This document shows, piece after piece, positions 29,179-40,395 of a DNA stretch of 64,000 bases. The notes beneath the pieces were generated by a model that was given only the letters and a program-made list of their open reading frames with translations, was not told the DNA's origin and did no database searches. The translations under genes and the position numbers were made by a program. Within the stretch, counting starts at the first letter, position 1; each line of letters starts with the position of its first letter. The stretch is from sequence record NC_010821.1. One strand, 5' to 3'.

Positions 29179-30528
29179 ATGGCTTATTACCGTGTTACGT
29201 TTGGAAATCGTGAAACCATCGTAGAGTGTGATCAACCCATGTCCTATGTTGGAGAGATCTACAAAGATCGACTCATAGGAGAATGTGACGAATATGGTAA
29301 CCTTAGAGTGCCATACCTCAGTCCTGAGACTGAAGCTATGTTAGTGAGAGAAATTCAAGAGTTCGTCAATAAACACCCTCAGTTTATCAAAGACACTCAA
29401 ACTCCTGAACAACTAGCCAAGGTTAGTGAGCCTACCCAAGAGGCGAACAAACCATTTGATGTAGAGGGGTTGATTGCTGAAATGAAATCTGCACTGTTTA
29501 GTAATTTGGGACTACATCCAGATTCGAGAGAATATGCTGACCTGATAAGTCAGTTTGGTAAGCAGTGGCATGGTGGTATTATTGACTACCCACCTGTGTT
29601 TAAACCATTCTCTATGAACGATGAACAAAATACTCCAGTTGATGATACTGTAGCTAACCTAAAAGACTCTACTGGAGAAACTTCAATGTACCCTAAACTA
29701 GATAAGATGGTAATAGACTCGATGAACGAACCTGTGCGTTTTAAACCAATTAGCTCTACGCTGCAATTATCCAACCAAGAATTCAATGCTCTTCAACGTG
29801 TATTGCACCGTATGCCATCAACCATAACCGACGTTCAAGGTATTCTGGATTATACCTTAGAAGAACCGTTTATTTTACCTAGCCACTTTAAGAATAAGTT
29901 CTATGGTGAGTACTACATTGACTACGGTACATTCGGTCCTATGGTTGCTCTGTATAACCTGATCATGAAAGCATGTGAACTACGTGAAGACATCGTAGAA
30001 AGCAAAGGTACTGGCGAACCTATTAAGTTTACACTTAATGGCGTGGATGTAACTGACGCCGTTATGACCGATGCCACCAGTGTAAGTCTTGAAGAATGTG
30101 CAGGTGTGCCGGGTACTGTAGATAAGTCGTGTTGGGATGGCATATTCAATCCACATTTCCCAAATGAGTTCCCACCAACTCGGTTGGATACCCGTGTGAG
30201 TCAGAGCGCAGCTAATCATGAATGTCGTAAGGTAGTCATCTCAGCATTGAATGATTGGAAGCGTCGTGTAGATGCACGACATGCGTATCATTCCGATCAG
30301 ACTCAGGAACGTACGCATCTGCAAGAAGTTCAATTCAAGCATATTAAGCGTTATGCCAAGGCCGTCGTTAAATCTGTACTTGAGAATACTGATGATATTC
30401 TCGTTCACATTGACGTAGCTGAACAAGATAACTTTGGATTCATTACTGGTAGTGCTGATGGTAAATCACATACCCGTCACTTTACTGTTAAGTTCCATGA
30501 AAAGAACTGGATTATCTTAGAGGCCTAA
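29179..30528 (+). CDS. Hypothetical protein (449 aa)
   Basis: GAGG SD; no motif recognised. Confidence 0.8.
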   Translation: MAYYRVTFGNRETIVECDQPMSYVGEIYKDRLIGECDEYGNLRVPYLSPETEAMLVREIQEFVNKHPQFIKDTQTPEQLAKVSEPTQEANKPFDVEGLIAEMKSALFSNLGLHPDSREYADLISQFGKQWHGGIIDYPPVFKPFSMNDEQNTPVDDTVANLKDSTGETSMYPKLDKMVIDSMNEPVRFKPISSTLQLSNQEFNALQRVLHRMPSTITDVQGILDYTLEEPFILPSHFKNKFYGEYYIDYGTFGPMVALYNLIMKACELREDIVESKGTGEPIKFTLNGVDVTDAVMTDATSVSLEECAGVPGTVDKSCWDGIFNPHFPNEFPPTRLDTRVSQSAANHECRKVVISALNDWKRRVDARHAYHSDQTQERTHLQEVQFKHIKRYAKAVVKSVLENTDDILVHIDVAEQDNFGFITGSADGKSHTRHFTVKFHEKNWIILEA

Positions 30529-30530
30529 CC

Positions 30531-30791
30531 ATGTTTGTAAGCCACTGTGGTACTTGTTGGGAAACACCATGTACGTGCCCGAGGTATTACAAAGGCCGTG
30601 TACCAACTGAATATGAGTTAAAGCAACTTTCAGTCGAAGAACTTAAGACCTTGATTGCCAACGCTCAAGCTATCATCGAGGCACGTGACGTTAAGGTTAC
30701 TTACAGCACAACTACCACAGTGGACGTAGGTCGTCTGCAAAACCTCCGTGCCTCACTAGGTCACCCTATCACTACCCCGGATGAAGATTAA
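30531..30791 (+). CDS. Hypothetical protein with N-terminal CxxC-x4-CxC
   Basis: HCGTCWETPCTCP followed by a helical segment. Confidence 0.75.
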   Translation: MFVSHCGTCWETPCTCPRYYKGRVPTEYELKQLSVEELKTLIANAQAIIEARDVKVTYSTTTTVDVGRLQNLRASLGHPITTPDED

Positions 30792-30964
30792 TGTCTAATT
30801 TCTTTAATGGTAAAATGCTCAACGTCAACGCTGAACTGCAAAGCCACTTGAATCTCGGAGGCCAGTTGGTACTGACCGTCCAACGCGATGGGAAAACTGA
30901 ACTGGATTTCCTATTGAATGAAAAGTCTGTCGTTAAACTGAAATCGATTGTAGAAGGTAAATAA
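30791..30964 (+). CDS. 57-aa hypothetical protein
   Basis: Manual translation MSNFFNGKMLNV...KSIVEGK; TAATG coupling. Confidence 0.65.
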   Translation: MSNFFNGKMLNVNAELQSHLNLGGQLVLTVQRDGKTELDFLLNEKSVVKLKSIVEGK

Positions 30965-30965
30965 C

Positions 30966-31478
30966 ATGGCCGCACTAAAAGCCTCTGAACAAACTATCGC
31001 AGATACCCTCTCAGCTTGCCGTGAACCATTCACTGCTGATGAGCTTTTCCAGAACTGCGCAGCTGACCAGATCCCAGTCCCTTACCATCAATGTAAGGCT
31101 TTGGCTGAGATCTCTCACAAGTGTATTGAGAACGGTGGCTTTTACAACATCCTCTCCCGCATTGACGGTGGTGGTAACGTATTGACCTTTTTCAATAACC
31201 AAGGCGATCTGCTTAATGCAGTTGCATTGAATCGACCAGAGATCTCTAAGGATCGTAAGATTCCTAAACTGAATTGGCTCAAGCAATACTTCGCTAATAT
31301 CGGCTATACGCAAGATCGAATTGAGATCAAGTACATCCAGCGTATGATTGAATCTCATATCCGTGATGGTGGTAGTTGGGCAACTACACTCAATGATACG
31401 TCGATCGTATTCATCTTGAAAATGCACGGTCAGGTTAAGGCACACATGGAATTCCATAAGGAGTATCGCGGTGAGTGA
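30966..31478 (+). CDS. Hypothetical protein
   Basis: ORF track. Confidence 0.75.
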   Translation: MAALKASEQTIADTLSACREPFTADELFQNCAADQIPVPYHQCKALAEISHKCIENGGFYNILSRIDGGGNVLTFFNNQGDLLNAVALNRPEISKDRKIPKLNWLKQYFANIGYTQDRIEIKYIQRMIESHIRDGGSWATTLNDTSIVFILKMHGQVKAHMEFHKEYRGE

Positions 31479-31803
31479 ATCTGGTATTGCAATTGATCCT
31501 GACAGTAAAACGGTATTGTTGATCGGCGAGGATATCATCCATCGGGTATTCCAACGATCAGCTAGTAAATACACTCTCCGAGATTTTAATAAGATCGCTC
31601 AGGCGATCGTCCATAACCAAGGTGCCGCCTATGGGGCTTACCTGAATGGTGTGGATGACGATGAATGGTGTCTTGGTTGTGTTACACAAGAAGACTCCAT
31701 TACTTTAACTCGTTATCTAGAAGACCCATCTGCTGAAGTACATCTCACCCAGGTGGAACACGATTTAATCCCAAATAAGTCGCCAGCGGCAAAGCTACAT
31801 TGA
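31471..31803 (+). CDS. Hypothetical protein
   Basis: GTG start overlapping the upstream stop. Confidence 0.7.
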   Translation: MSESGIAIDPDSKTVLLIGEDIIHRVFQRSASKYTLRDFNKIAQAIVHNQGAAYGAYLNGVDDDEWCLGCVTQEDSITLTRYLEDPSAEVHLTQVEHDLIPNKSPAAKLH

Positions 31804-31883
31804 TCAATCTATTGACAGTTCGTCATTAATCTACTCGAGGTACGTATACTGTGTTGAAACCCTACAATTTTGAGGAACCAAAG

Positions 31884-33163
<1,280 letters not shown>

Positions 33164-33164
33164 C

Positions 33165-33494
33165 ATGTCCAATTTCAAAAAAGGTGAAGGCATTGCAACT
33201 ATCACACCCGAGCCTTTTAGTAACCATCACCTTAAAGTTGGTAACCGTTATCAGGTAATGGTGTTGGCTGGAACTGAGGTGGTCGAGACTAGTTGGGTAA
33301 ATGTAATTCTGCCAGGCACTGTAGTACTACATGGTGAGATGGGTATCTATGCCTATCCAAATAACTGGTTCCGGCTGCATAGCCGATCCAAATTGTTCTA
33401 CACGCACTACAGCGAATTCTACGATGTACTGATCAAGGACGTCGATGGTCGAACTGTAGCTGCTTTGACTAACGTTGAGGTGATCCGTGAGTGA
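33165..33494 (+). CDS. Hypothetical protein (beta-rich)
   Basis: AAGGA SD. Confidence 0.7.
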   Translation: MSNFKKGEGIATITPEPFSNHHLKVGNRYQVMVLAGTEVVETSWVNVILPGTVVLHGEMGIYAYPNNWFRLHSRSKLFYTHYSEFYDVLIKDVDGRTVAALTNVEVIRE

Positions 33495-34026
33495 GATAAT
33501 CTTGACACCTACACCGGGTGTAATTACCTTAGGCGGGTTGGATAAAATACGACCTAAGGTAACCGTGTTGAATTGTTGGAACGCTGAGAAGTATCGTTTA
33601 CCCGTACCAGTGATTAGTTTCTGTGAATGGAATGGTCTGGCCCCTAATGAACGCCACACATATCCACTGGGTACTCACCATGTTGACGTCCAGCGTATTT
33701 ACTGCGATGACGTAGAGGATCAGATTGACGCGAGTTACAGACTGTTTGATTACATTGATGCGGTCAAGATCATTACGTTTCTTGACAAGCATCGTGGGCA
33801 AGACATCATGGTTCATTGTGCGGCAGGTGTTAGTCGTAGCCCTGCTTGCGCAAAGTTTATGTTAGATTACCTTGGCTACCGATTGGATGAGTTCAATAAC
33901 CATTCGAACTTCTTTGACCGGCATAATACTGTGGTCTACTATAATCTGAAACGGGCAATGCTCGATCATACTGGACCCATTGAAAGAATTAAGGCGGCGA
34001 GTTATGGCAAAGAAAAAGAAGTTTAA
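33487..34026 (+). CDS. Protein-tyrosine/dual-specificity phosphatase-like (Cx5R) protein
   Basis: P-loop MVHCAAGVSRS with an upstream acidic loop (YCDDVED). Confidence 0.85.
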   Translation: MSEIILTPTPGVITLGGLDKIRPKVTVLNCWNAEKYRLPVPVISFCEWNGLAPNERHTYPLGTHHVDVQRIYCDDVEDQIDASYRLFDYIDAVKIITFLDKHRGQDIMVHCAAGVSRSPACAKFMLDYLGYRLDEFNNHSNFFDRHNTVVYYNLKRAMLDHTGPIERIKAASYGKEKEV

Positions 34027-34213
34027 AGGCAACAATGCTCAGTTGGTTGGTGACACTCGACTGACCAAACGCGAAATGAAAAAGTTCCAAGCAGTTTATC
34101 ACAACGTTAGTCGAGATAACGAGAAGCGTATGGAACAACACGCTATAGTCCAAGCGCAGGCTGGTACAGTCAACATTGGTGGCGTAGCTAATCTGGGTGA
34201 TGTAAATGCTTGA
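34004..34213 (+). CDS. Basic hypothetical protein
   Basis: MAKKKKFKG start at 34004. Confidence 0.65.
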   Translation: MAKKKKFKGNNAQLVGDTRLTKREMKKFQAVYHNVSRDNEKRMEQHAIVQAQAGTVNIGGVANLGDVNA

Positions 34214-34388
34214 ACTGGCAGTTAGCTTTTGGGGTTCAGTAGTATTTAATTTGTTCGTACTGGTATTCGGTATGATGCATCACCGCATTGACCTTAATAC
34301 CAATCGGTTCTATAACGGACTACTGTTACTCGGTACGATCGTAATGGTGTGTTCTGGTGTAGGTTGGGTATTTACCGGCGGAGGCTGA
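34206..34388 (+). CDS. 2-TM small membrane protein
   Basis: Two hydrophobic stretches. Confidence 0.65.
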   Translation: MLELAVSFWGSVVFNLFVLVFGMMHHRIDLNTNRFYNGLLLLGTIVMVCSGVGWVFTGGG

Positions 34389-34389
34389 T

Positions 34390-34563
34390 ATGTCATCATG
34401 GGCGGCTTCATGGGGTTTAAATGGGTTGCTAGTATTGGCGGTACTCTACCTGTTCGCTTTTGCTGCGAGTAAGAATAAACGCGTACTGCACATCGCACTG
34501 GTATTCTTTCTAGGGCTAGCGATGTACGGTACTTTACCAGCGGATGCATTTATGTGTAGGTGA
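34390..34563 (+). CDS. 57-aa 2-TM small membrane protein
   Basis: Manual translation MSSWAASWGLNGLLVLAVLYLFAFAASKNKRVLHIALVFFLGLAMYG...; GGAGG SD. Confidence 0.7.
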   Translation: MSSWAASWGLNGLLVLAVLYLFAFAASKNKRVLHIALVFFLGLAMYGTLPADAFMCR

Positions 34564-34566
34564 GTT

Positions 34567-35040
34567 ATGTCTAAGTTAAAGGCAAAGCTTGATCAAGCAG
34601 TTGCTGGAAACTTAGGTATCGAACTAGTCCCCAATTCAATCACTCTAAAAGAAATTGCGGATAAACCAGCATCCGTAACAGGTCTGATCCTAGCCTACGT
34701 GGAAGGTGATGATTACTGTTACGATGTGGTCCCCGTATGGCGTTACGTTAATGGGATGCGAATCAAGATACCTAGGTTCCACTCGCGTCCCATTATTGAG
34801 GCGCGATTAGCTAAACAGTTTTATCTCAGGTACTACGCTTTGTTTGATGGTAAGCTATGCCCATTAAAGGTGAGTAAACCCTCTGACCTAAAAGCTAGGT
34901 TACCTTTCAAAGTGCGTGAGGACGACTTGTATCGTTCCACGGTTATTTCACCAGACGCTGTAATGGGCTTACGAAAGAAGCCATTACTATTCCATAGACG
35001 GAGAGTTAACTATGAACTACAAGCTTCGATTCTGGCATGA
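34567..35040 (+). CDS. Hypothetical protein
   Basis: ORF track. Confidence 0.7.
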   Translation: MSKLKAKLDQAVAGNLGIELVPNSITLKEIADKPASVTGLILAYVEGDDYCYDVVPVWRYVNGMRIKIPRFHSRPIIEARLAKQFYLRYYALFDGKLCPLKVSKPSDLKARLPFKVREDDLYRSTVISPDAVMGLRKKPLLFHRRRVNYELQASILA

Positions 35041-35386
35041 ACTGTTTCAAAATCTGATTGGCGTGCACCTCGTTAATGGCTGCCATTTTGACGGGTTCCT
35101 GATTAAGGGTGAAGGTAATTCGTTTATGCAGTTGGAACGACTTGACTATTCAGCCACTAGCCCAGAGCCTTTCCTGCGATATACTTTCAAATCGCCAGAA
35201 GGTGGTGACATCATCTACAGTGTAAATAACAAACCTGATGGTGGGATGGAGACAGTGGTAGACCGTGTGCGTGATGCCAATGGGGTAATTCAACTACTAG
35301 ATGGTCCTAATCTAATTGCTGAGGAAGTCATGCAGGATGTTTATCTCCACGCTGTAAAACTTATGGCCACCATTTGGTATACCTGA
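35012..35386 (+). CDS. Hypothetical protein
   Basis: GGAG SD. Confidence 0.75.
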   Translation: MNYKLRFWHELFQNLIGVHLVNGCHFDGFLIKGEGNSFMQLERLDYSATSPEPFLRYTFKSPEGGDIIYSVNNKPDGGMETVVDRVRDANGVIQLLDGPNLIAEEVMQDVYLHAVKLMATIWYT

Positions 35387-35393
35387 GGTTAAA

Positions 35394-35666
35394 ATGAATC
35401 GCCAAGAGCAATTTAAACAGTTGGTTGAAGAGTGGCTTGAACTGGATCTCCCATACACCTGCACTTCACTTGATCTTTACACCAGTGTTCGGATTGAGCG
35501 TAAGGCTGACACCGTGGTGTTCAGTAGTAAACGTGCGGGTCAAGTAGGTGAACTGGGTATGGCTCAGATCAAAGATGGGAAAGTCGATGGTATGGTTTAC
35601 GTAAGTTCCACACCACATCTGGGTTTGATGTTGTTTGGTCTAGAGAAATCAGTAGAAGCTAACTAA
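35394..35666 (+). CDS. Hypothetical protein
   Basis: GAGG SD. Confidence 0.75.
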   Translation: MNRQEQFKQLVEEWLELDLPYTCTSLDLYTSVRIERKADTVVFSSKRAGQVGELGMAQIKDGKVDGMVYVSSTPHLGLMLFGLEKSVEAN

Positions 35667-35744
35667 TGTCAACTAGGGCACTCGTCGATCAGGTTGAGAC
35701 GGATGCCTATTTAATGCTTTATGAAATCCGTCAAAGGTGTAGAA

Positions 35745-35990
35745 ATGAGCGTCAACAAACTTTTACTGAGTCTGATTGCAGTAGCTTTACTGGTGATAGC
35801 GTTCGGGCAGAGTCGCCATGTAATGGAGATCAAGAACTATCTGGTCCCATCCAAATCCGACATTATCCTAAACGTATCCCATTCAGATGAAGCTTACCGT
35901 AGTTGTCTTCGTAAAGTCTCAGCGGGCGTTGGCGTAGTTAATATCAATCAAATGCAAAAATGTGCAGAGGATACCGGGTATGGAAAATGA
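35745..35990 (+). CDS. N-anchored membrane protein with a Cys pair (copy 1)
   Basis: LLLSLIAVALLVIAF TM; EAYRSCLRKV...QMQKC. Confidence 0.7.
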   Translation: MSVNKLLLSLIAVALLVIAFGQSRHVMEIKNYLVPSKSDIILNVSHSDEAYRSCLRKVSAGVGVVNINQMQKCAEDTGYGK

Positions 35991-36234
35991 CATGCGCTTC
36001 TTAGAGCGTAAACCAAATGTTTGGATGTGGATCTTTCTGATCGTGCTGGTAATGTCAGCTACGCAGTGCACGATTAAAACCGAAGAGAGTAAAGTTGCCC
36101 AAGCCAAACTAGAAGACGACTGGAACAACTCGCCTGAGAAGGCATTTCGCTTCTGTCTCGTTACGGTAGCCGGTGAATCGGGTACAGCCACTCCTGAGCA
36201 AATCAATGCATGTAACAAAGCGGCGGGGCGTTAA
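35980..36234 (+). CDS. N-anchored membrane protein with a Cys pair (copy 2)
   Basis: WMWIFLIVLVMSA TM; KAFRFCLVTV...QINAC; start may be 35992. Confidence 0.7.
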   Translation: MENDMRFLERKPNVWMWIFLIVLVMSATQCTIKTEESKVAQAKLEDDWNNSPEKAFRFCLVTVAGESGTATPEQINACNKAAGR

Positions 36235-36235
36235 G

Positions 36236-36451
36236 ATGGAAGATAAAACAGATGTAGTTGTCGAAGCGCCTAAACAGAAAGGTATTGACCTTAGCTGGGT
36301 TTTCTTTGGAATGCTTGCAATGTCAATTGGTAGTTGCAGTGGTATGACTGCCCTAGGTAATGCATACCAGAGAGCTGAAGAATACAAAGCTGATAAACAA
36401 CTCCAGATTACTCAACTTCAAATCAAACATCAGGAATCGAAACATGACTAA
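36236..36451 (+). CDS. Single-TM protein with coiled-coil tail
   Basis: LSWVFFGMLAMSIGSCSGMTAL. Confidence 0.7.
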   Translation: MEDKTDVVVEAPKQKGIDLSWVFFGMLAMSIGSCSGMTALGNAYQRAEEYKADKQLQITQLQIKHQESKHD

Positions 36452-37085
36452 GCGTAATATCGCTATTGCAAACTTTAGTCCATCCGTGGTAGAAGGCTCC
36501 AGCTGGCCGCGGTTCACTGGATGGAAAATGGTCGGTAAGCCATATATTGAATCGGGACTGTTTGGACTGATTGATAAGGGTACCCGCATGCATCGGTTCT
36601 TTAAAGACACCACTTTCGAAGATGTCCTTGCTAACCAACTGGTTTACGAGTACCAGACTAGTGTCCGAGGTACGCCACTTTCGATTGAGTATTACGAAGA
36701 CCGTAAAATGGGTGCTGAGATCATTATGGCACCACCTCGGTCATTGGATTTCAGTGTTCGTTGGTTGCCTCCATATCAGTACATCGATAAAGACTATGTT
36801 GAGTGGGATGTCTACGTAGTGATCACTGGTGAAGATATTTATATCCGTGGTGACTTCCAGCAAAGCTTTATTGCTCGTGGTTATTGGGATATGGAGATCT
36901 GGAAGCCAAAGTTCGAAATTGGAGAAGCCTGGAACGACATCAAGACGATCGAACAAGCAACTATCAACTATGTGGTTGCTTCAGGTTATCCTGCTATGGG
37001 TTGCATCAACCGTATTGGCGACGATGGTCCACGCGAATACGTAGTTAAAGATGTCTATCAGGAAATCCCAGGATACCAAGCTTGA
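36444..37085 (+). CDS. Hypothetical protein
   Basis: AGGA SD before ATG 36444. Confidence 0.75.
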   Translation: MTKRNIAIANFSPSVVEGSSWPRFTGWKMVGKPYIESGLFGLIDKGTRMHRFFKDTTFEDVLANQLVYEYQTSVRGTPLSIEYYEDRKMGAEIIMAPPRSLDFSVRWLPPYQYIDKDYVEWDVYVVITGEDIYIRGDFQQSFIARGYWDMEIWKPKFEIGEAWNDIKTIEQATINYVVASGYPAMGCINRIGDDGPREYVVKDVYQEIPGYQA

Positions 37086-37098
37086 ATTAAGTAACAGC

Positions 37099-37128
37099 AT
37101 AAAGCCTCTCCTTCGGGAGAGGCTTTAT
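37099..37128. terminator. Bidirectional terminator
   Basis: Perfect 13-bp stem ATAAAGCCTCTCC-ttcg-GGAGAGGCTTTAT. Confidence 0.9.
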
Positions 37129-37147
37129 GTCGTTTTCTTTTTATTCC

Positions 37148-37972
37148 TTATTGTGCTGCCAAGATAGTTCGGACGTGAGTACGATTACCTTCAGGGTCGT
37201 TGAAGTTACGGAGGATCTTCTGACACTTCTTAAGTTGCTCGTCGTAAAGATCATTCATCTCGGACCATTCGTAAACCTTGTCACGGAATACACCAAGTTC
37301 TTGACCACCACTCAGTTGAGCTTCGCCCATGCTAATGAACATCTCGTTGTAACAATGCGCTTTAACAGCGTACTCAAACAACTTAGCAAAAGCAAGCCAA
37401 CTAGGTTGACGGATGTTATTGAGTTCATCATCGTTACCTAAGCGACACGCTAGATAAGCCGTAGCCGAAGGCATGAAGATAAACCGAACCATAAAGGTGT
37501 TGTGGTTAATCAGACCTAAGTAACTAGTCTGAGCAACAGGTGCCTTACGTGCAGAGTCTAATACCTGACGAGTAGCTGCGGTCATGGCCGATTCATTAAA
37601 CGTCATGGCGTAGCCAGTGTTCTGATACCCTAAGATACCAAAGTGGATACTGTAAAGTTGGACGATCGGTCGACCTTGGGTGTATTCATCTGGCACGTAA
37701 TAAACTGTAGTGTATGGATCTACGTATTGAGCACGTACCGGATAGTCTAATGGAATAAACGTCTTAGTGCCACCGACGATCTCAAGGTCGGGTTTAATCC
37801 GCCCTTCAATCACGATCTCCTTAATACGATGTTCCATCGATACGTTAACACCACAACCAGACGTAGTCAGACTAAGATCATCGCCATCCGTAGAACTAAC
37901 GAATACCTGATTTAAAATCTGACGCGGAATGCGGGGTCGAATGTAATTAAGAGCATATTGGATAACACTCAT
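37148..37972 (-). CDS. Conserved phiKZ-like protein, probably virion-associated
   Basis: 274 aa; [17 protein letters not shown] and GGQELGVFR motifs; isolated minus-strand gene. Confidence 0.65.
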   Translation of the reverse strand: MSVIQYALNYIRPRIPRQILNQVFVSSTDGDDLSLTTSGCGVNVSMEHRIKEIVIEGRIKPDLEIVGGTKTFIPLDYPVRAQYVDPYTTVYYVPDEYTQGRPIVQLYSIHFGILGYQNTGYAMTFNESAMTAATRQVLDSARKAPVAQTSYLGLINHNTFMVRFIFMPSATAYLACRLGNDDELNNIRQPSWLAFAKLFEYAVKAHCYNEMFISMGEAQLSGGQELGVFRDKVYEWSEMNDLYDEQLKKCQKILRNFNDPEGNRTHVRTILAAQ

Positions 37973-38081
37973 GTGCGTTCGTTTCCTGTATCGTGTTATA
38001 GAGGCCTTCCCGAACGTGTAGATATACTAGAGCTACGTATATTATACGAAGAGGGAAGCGTAATTCAAATAATTTCAAATC

Positions 38082-38089
38082 TATATCAT
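38082..38089 (+). promoter_or_regulatory. TATATCAT promoter variant
   Basis: AATTTCAAATCTATATCAT resembles TAATTCAGATCTATATTAC at 60031; heads a long plus-strand operon. Confidence 0.55.
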
Positions 38090-38115
38090 GAAGGTGAATA
38101 ATTATCGAGACGTGT

Positions 38116-38541
38116 ATGATGACACTGGAACCAATACCACCACATGTGCTACTCACTTATGATATTCGAACAGCACTGAGTAAGATCGATCTATATCCGA
38201 TCAAGCATTATGCGCTGACTCGATATCAGAATGAGCACAACATCAACCCTGATTTCGCAATGTTGATTCCACAGGGGTCTCCAACCGATCAGAAGTTGAG
38301 AGCGATTGAAGCACAGATCATTGATGACTTGATCATCACCATGATTAATAGCTTTGAACATACATGGATTCAACGCGACCTTCGACACATTACTTTAGAA
38401 GAACAAAGTTTCTTCAACACTCAATCTGACTTCAGACATGAGTTGTTTATGTGTGTACGCATTCAACCCGAATATGCAGGAGTATTCGCTCACTATCAAC
38501 GAATCAGTGAGTCGATCTTCTTGGCAGTTCCTAAGTACTAA
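38116..38541 (+). CDS. Hypothetical protein
   Basis: First gene of the 38.1-42.5 kb operon. Confidence 0.75.
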   Translation: MMTLEPIPPHVLLTYDIRTALSKIDLYPIKHYALTRYQNEHNINPDFAMLIPQGSPTDQKLRAIEAQIIDDLIITMINSFEHTWIQRDLRHITLEEQSFFNTQSDFRHELFMCVRIQPEYAGVFAHYQRISESIFLAVPKY

Positions 38542-39596
38542 TGGCGGAAGCAATGGAAAACTCTAAACGGTTTATTGTGCTTGAGGCACAAGACCAAGCG
38601 AATAACTTGGTTGACTACATCGAGTGGCTTGCACTCACTCAACCCGATCTAGGCCTCAAGGCTATTACTCGTAGGGAAGCATCCAACATTGTTTATCTGT
38701 TGGTGCGTGACATCGTGGATTATCAGTTGGCACACAGACCACTGAATCCTGAAAACGTAGAGATGATTGTAAGCATCCTGTTCGGTACACCGAAGAACAA
38801 ACTTACTCCAGACCTTACTAAACGCTACGCCCGTGTTACCGAAGAACAGATGTGGCAAAGCATCGTTTCCACCATTCGTAAACAAGTTCATCAAACTGTA
38901 AAGTACGATACCTGGGTTGAATGGAATGTTGTTAAAGCGGGTACTCTGGTAGGTCTGGCTGAAGGTGAAGATCATCGGATCACTGAGTATCATCGTGAAG
39001 CCAAAGCTGTAGACGATGAAGATGAATCGATTCTTACCTTGAACTGTAAGAACCCTATCAACTATCTATACAGTGAGTTCTCTAAACGGTACGGGTCTAA
39101 CTTTGCCCAGCTACGGTTAATGTTGAATGATCCAAATACCAAAATGGATAACTTCTATCGTAACCTTCTCAATAAGTTTATCCAAGATCCAACTGAATAC
39201 ATCATCGGCTTGTTCCTAGACACGCTGATTATGATGCACCCACAGATGGAGCTCGCATCCTGCTCACCAAAGCGTAGCATGTTTATTGAACGTGCACTGG
39301 GTATTCATGACATGAGTAGCTTCCAATCCCGTACTGTACAAAAGCTGATCATGGCTTTCGGTATGAATTGGTTCAACCATGAGATCAAGAAAGACGAACA
39401 ATACATTGTTGAGTATTATCAAGCAACTCACATCATGGCAATCTTCAAGAAAACCTATTCGAGCCTCACTGAGAAATATGAAGCTGATCTGGTAGTTGCC
39501 TTGGTACGTGGGGATTACCTACCACCTGAAGAACGTAAGCTGGCTGAGAAGCTTTATCAAGAGCATCCACAGCTTCACGTTAACTTGGCACCTTGA
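38541..39596 (+). CDS. Conserved hypothetical protein (351 aa)
   Basis: TAATG-coupled; EGEDHRI motif. Confidence 0.8.
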   Translation: MAEAMENSKRFIVLEAQDQANNLVDYIEWLALTQPDLGLKAITRREASNIVYLLVRDIVDYQLAHRPLNPENVEMIVSILFGTPKNKLTPDLTKRYARVTEEQMWQSIVSTIRKQVHQTVKYDTWVEWNVVKAGTLVGLAEGEDHRITEYHREAKAVDDEDESILTLNCKNPINYLYSEFSKRYGSNFAQLRLMLNDPNTKMDNFYRNLLNKFIQDPTEYIIGLFLDTLIMMHPQMELASCSPKRSMFIERALGIHDMSSFQSRTVQKLIMAFGMNWFNHEIKKDEQYIVEYYQATHIMAIFKKTYSSLTEKYEADLVVALVRGDYLPPEERKLAEKLYQEHPQLHVNLAP

Positions 39597-40039
39597 TGAA
39601 TATACTGATTGCTCACGAGAGCTACCCAACTCATAATTGGGCACACGATTGGTGGCCAGTGGTGTCGAGCTTCTTCCCAAGGCAGAAGCTCCTCCACACC
39701 ATCGCTACTCTACTAATGGTGAAAAATGACGATACCGCTGGTGAAACCTATGATGAAGCAATTAATGAAACAATCGATGAACTCATTGGTCGTCGGTGCT
39801 CTGACGAAGACGAAGAGAATCCAGTCCCAACTCTCACCGATGACGAAAGACATCAAGTGGCCGAGTACTTGCGTGACGCTGTCAAAGCGATGCATCCATA
39901 CATGCCTGACACTGGGGCGCTTGAACTCGTCACCTATGTAAGTGAACCTGAAAACGACAAGTTCTATCTGGTAGTGAGGTATTGGCCTGAAGATGAGCAT
40001 TCTAGTAAGGCTTTCGCCAGCCCTAGTGTACGGGGATAA
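39593..40039 (+). CDS. Hypothetical protein (paralogue of next gene)
   Basis: MHPYMPD...FYLVV C-terminal motif. Confidence 0.75.
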   Translation: MMNILIAHESYPTHNWAHDWWPVVSSFFPRQKLLHTIATLLMVKNDDTAGETYDEAINETIDELIGRRCSDEDEENPVPTLTDDERHQVAEYLRDAVKAMHPYMPDTGALELVTYVSEPENDKFYLVVRYWPEDEHSSKAFASPSVRG

Positions 40040-40385
40040 ACTGGGTCTCGTTGAACTGCTCGGGGACAAGGTTGGATTGAGTGTAAGCGACATCAACGAT
40101 TCGATGATCGCTTACTTCGAGTACAACTACTTCAATTGTCCATTTACCTTTAGCGATAAAGATATTGTAGATCAGTACTTCATGGGTGATCCCATGGGGT
40201 ACGATTTGCTTTATGCCGTAAACGCTAGGTTTCCTGAGATCAACGCATATATTCCAGACGGTGTTAAAAGCATTCGTTATGCTCGAACACTTAAAGATGG
40301 TTTCTATTTAATTTGCGAGCCTGACGATGAACACGTTACTGACGTTCGACTCAACCCCCTTCACCAAACATTTAGTGAAGGCTGA
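39993..40385 (+). CDS. Hypothetical protein (paralogue of previous gene)
   Basis: INAYIPD...FYLIC; true start may be GTG 40026. Confidence 0.7.
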   Translation: MSILVRLSPALVYGDKLGLVELLGDKVGLSVSDINDSMIAYFEYNYFNCPFTFSDKDIVDQYFMGDPMGYDLLYAVNARFPEINAYIPDGVKSIRYARTLKDGFYLICEPDDEHVTDVRLNPLHQTFSEG

Positions 40386-40395
40386 TGATCGTAAT

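Noticed and set aside
35666-35890. 74-aa ORF starting at a TAATG overlap and overlapping the 35745 gene, like an embedded spanin pair
   Set aside because: No lipobox or signal peptide, and it overlaps a better-supported TM gene by 146 nt. Cannot be excluded without Ribo-seq.
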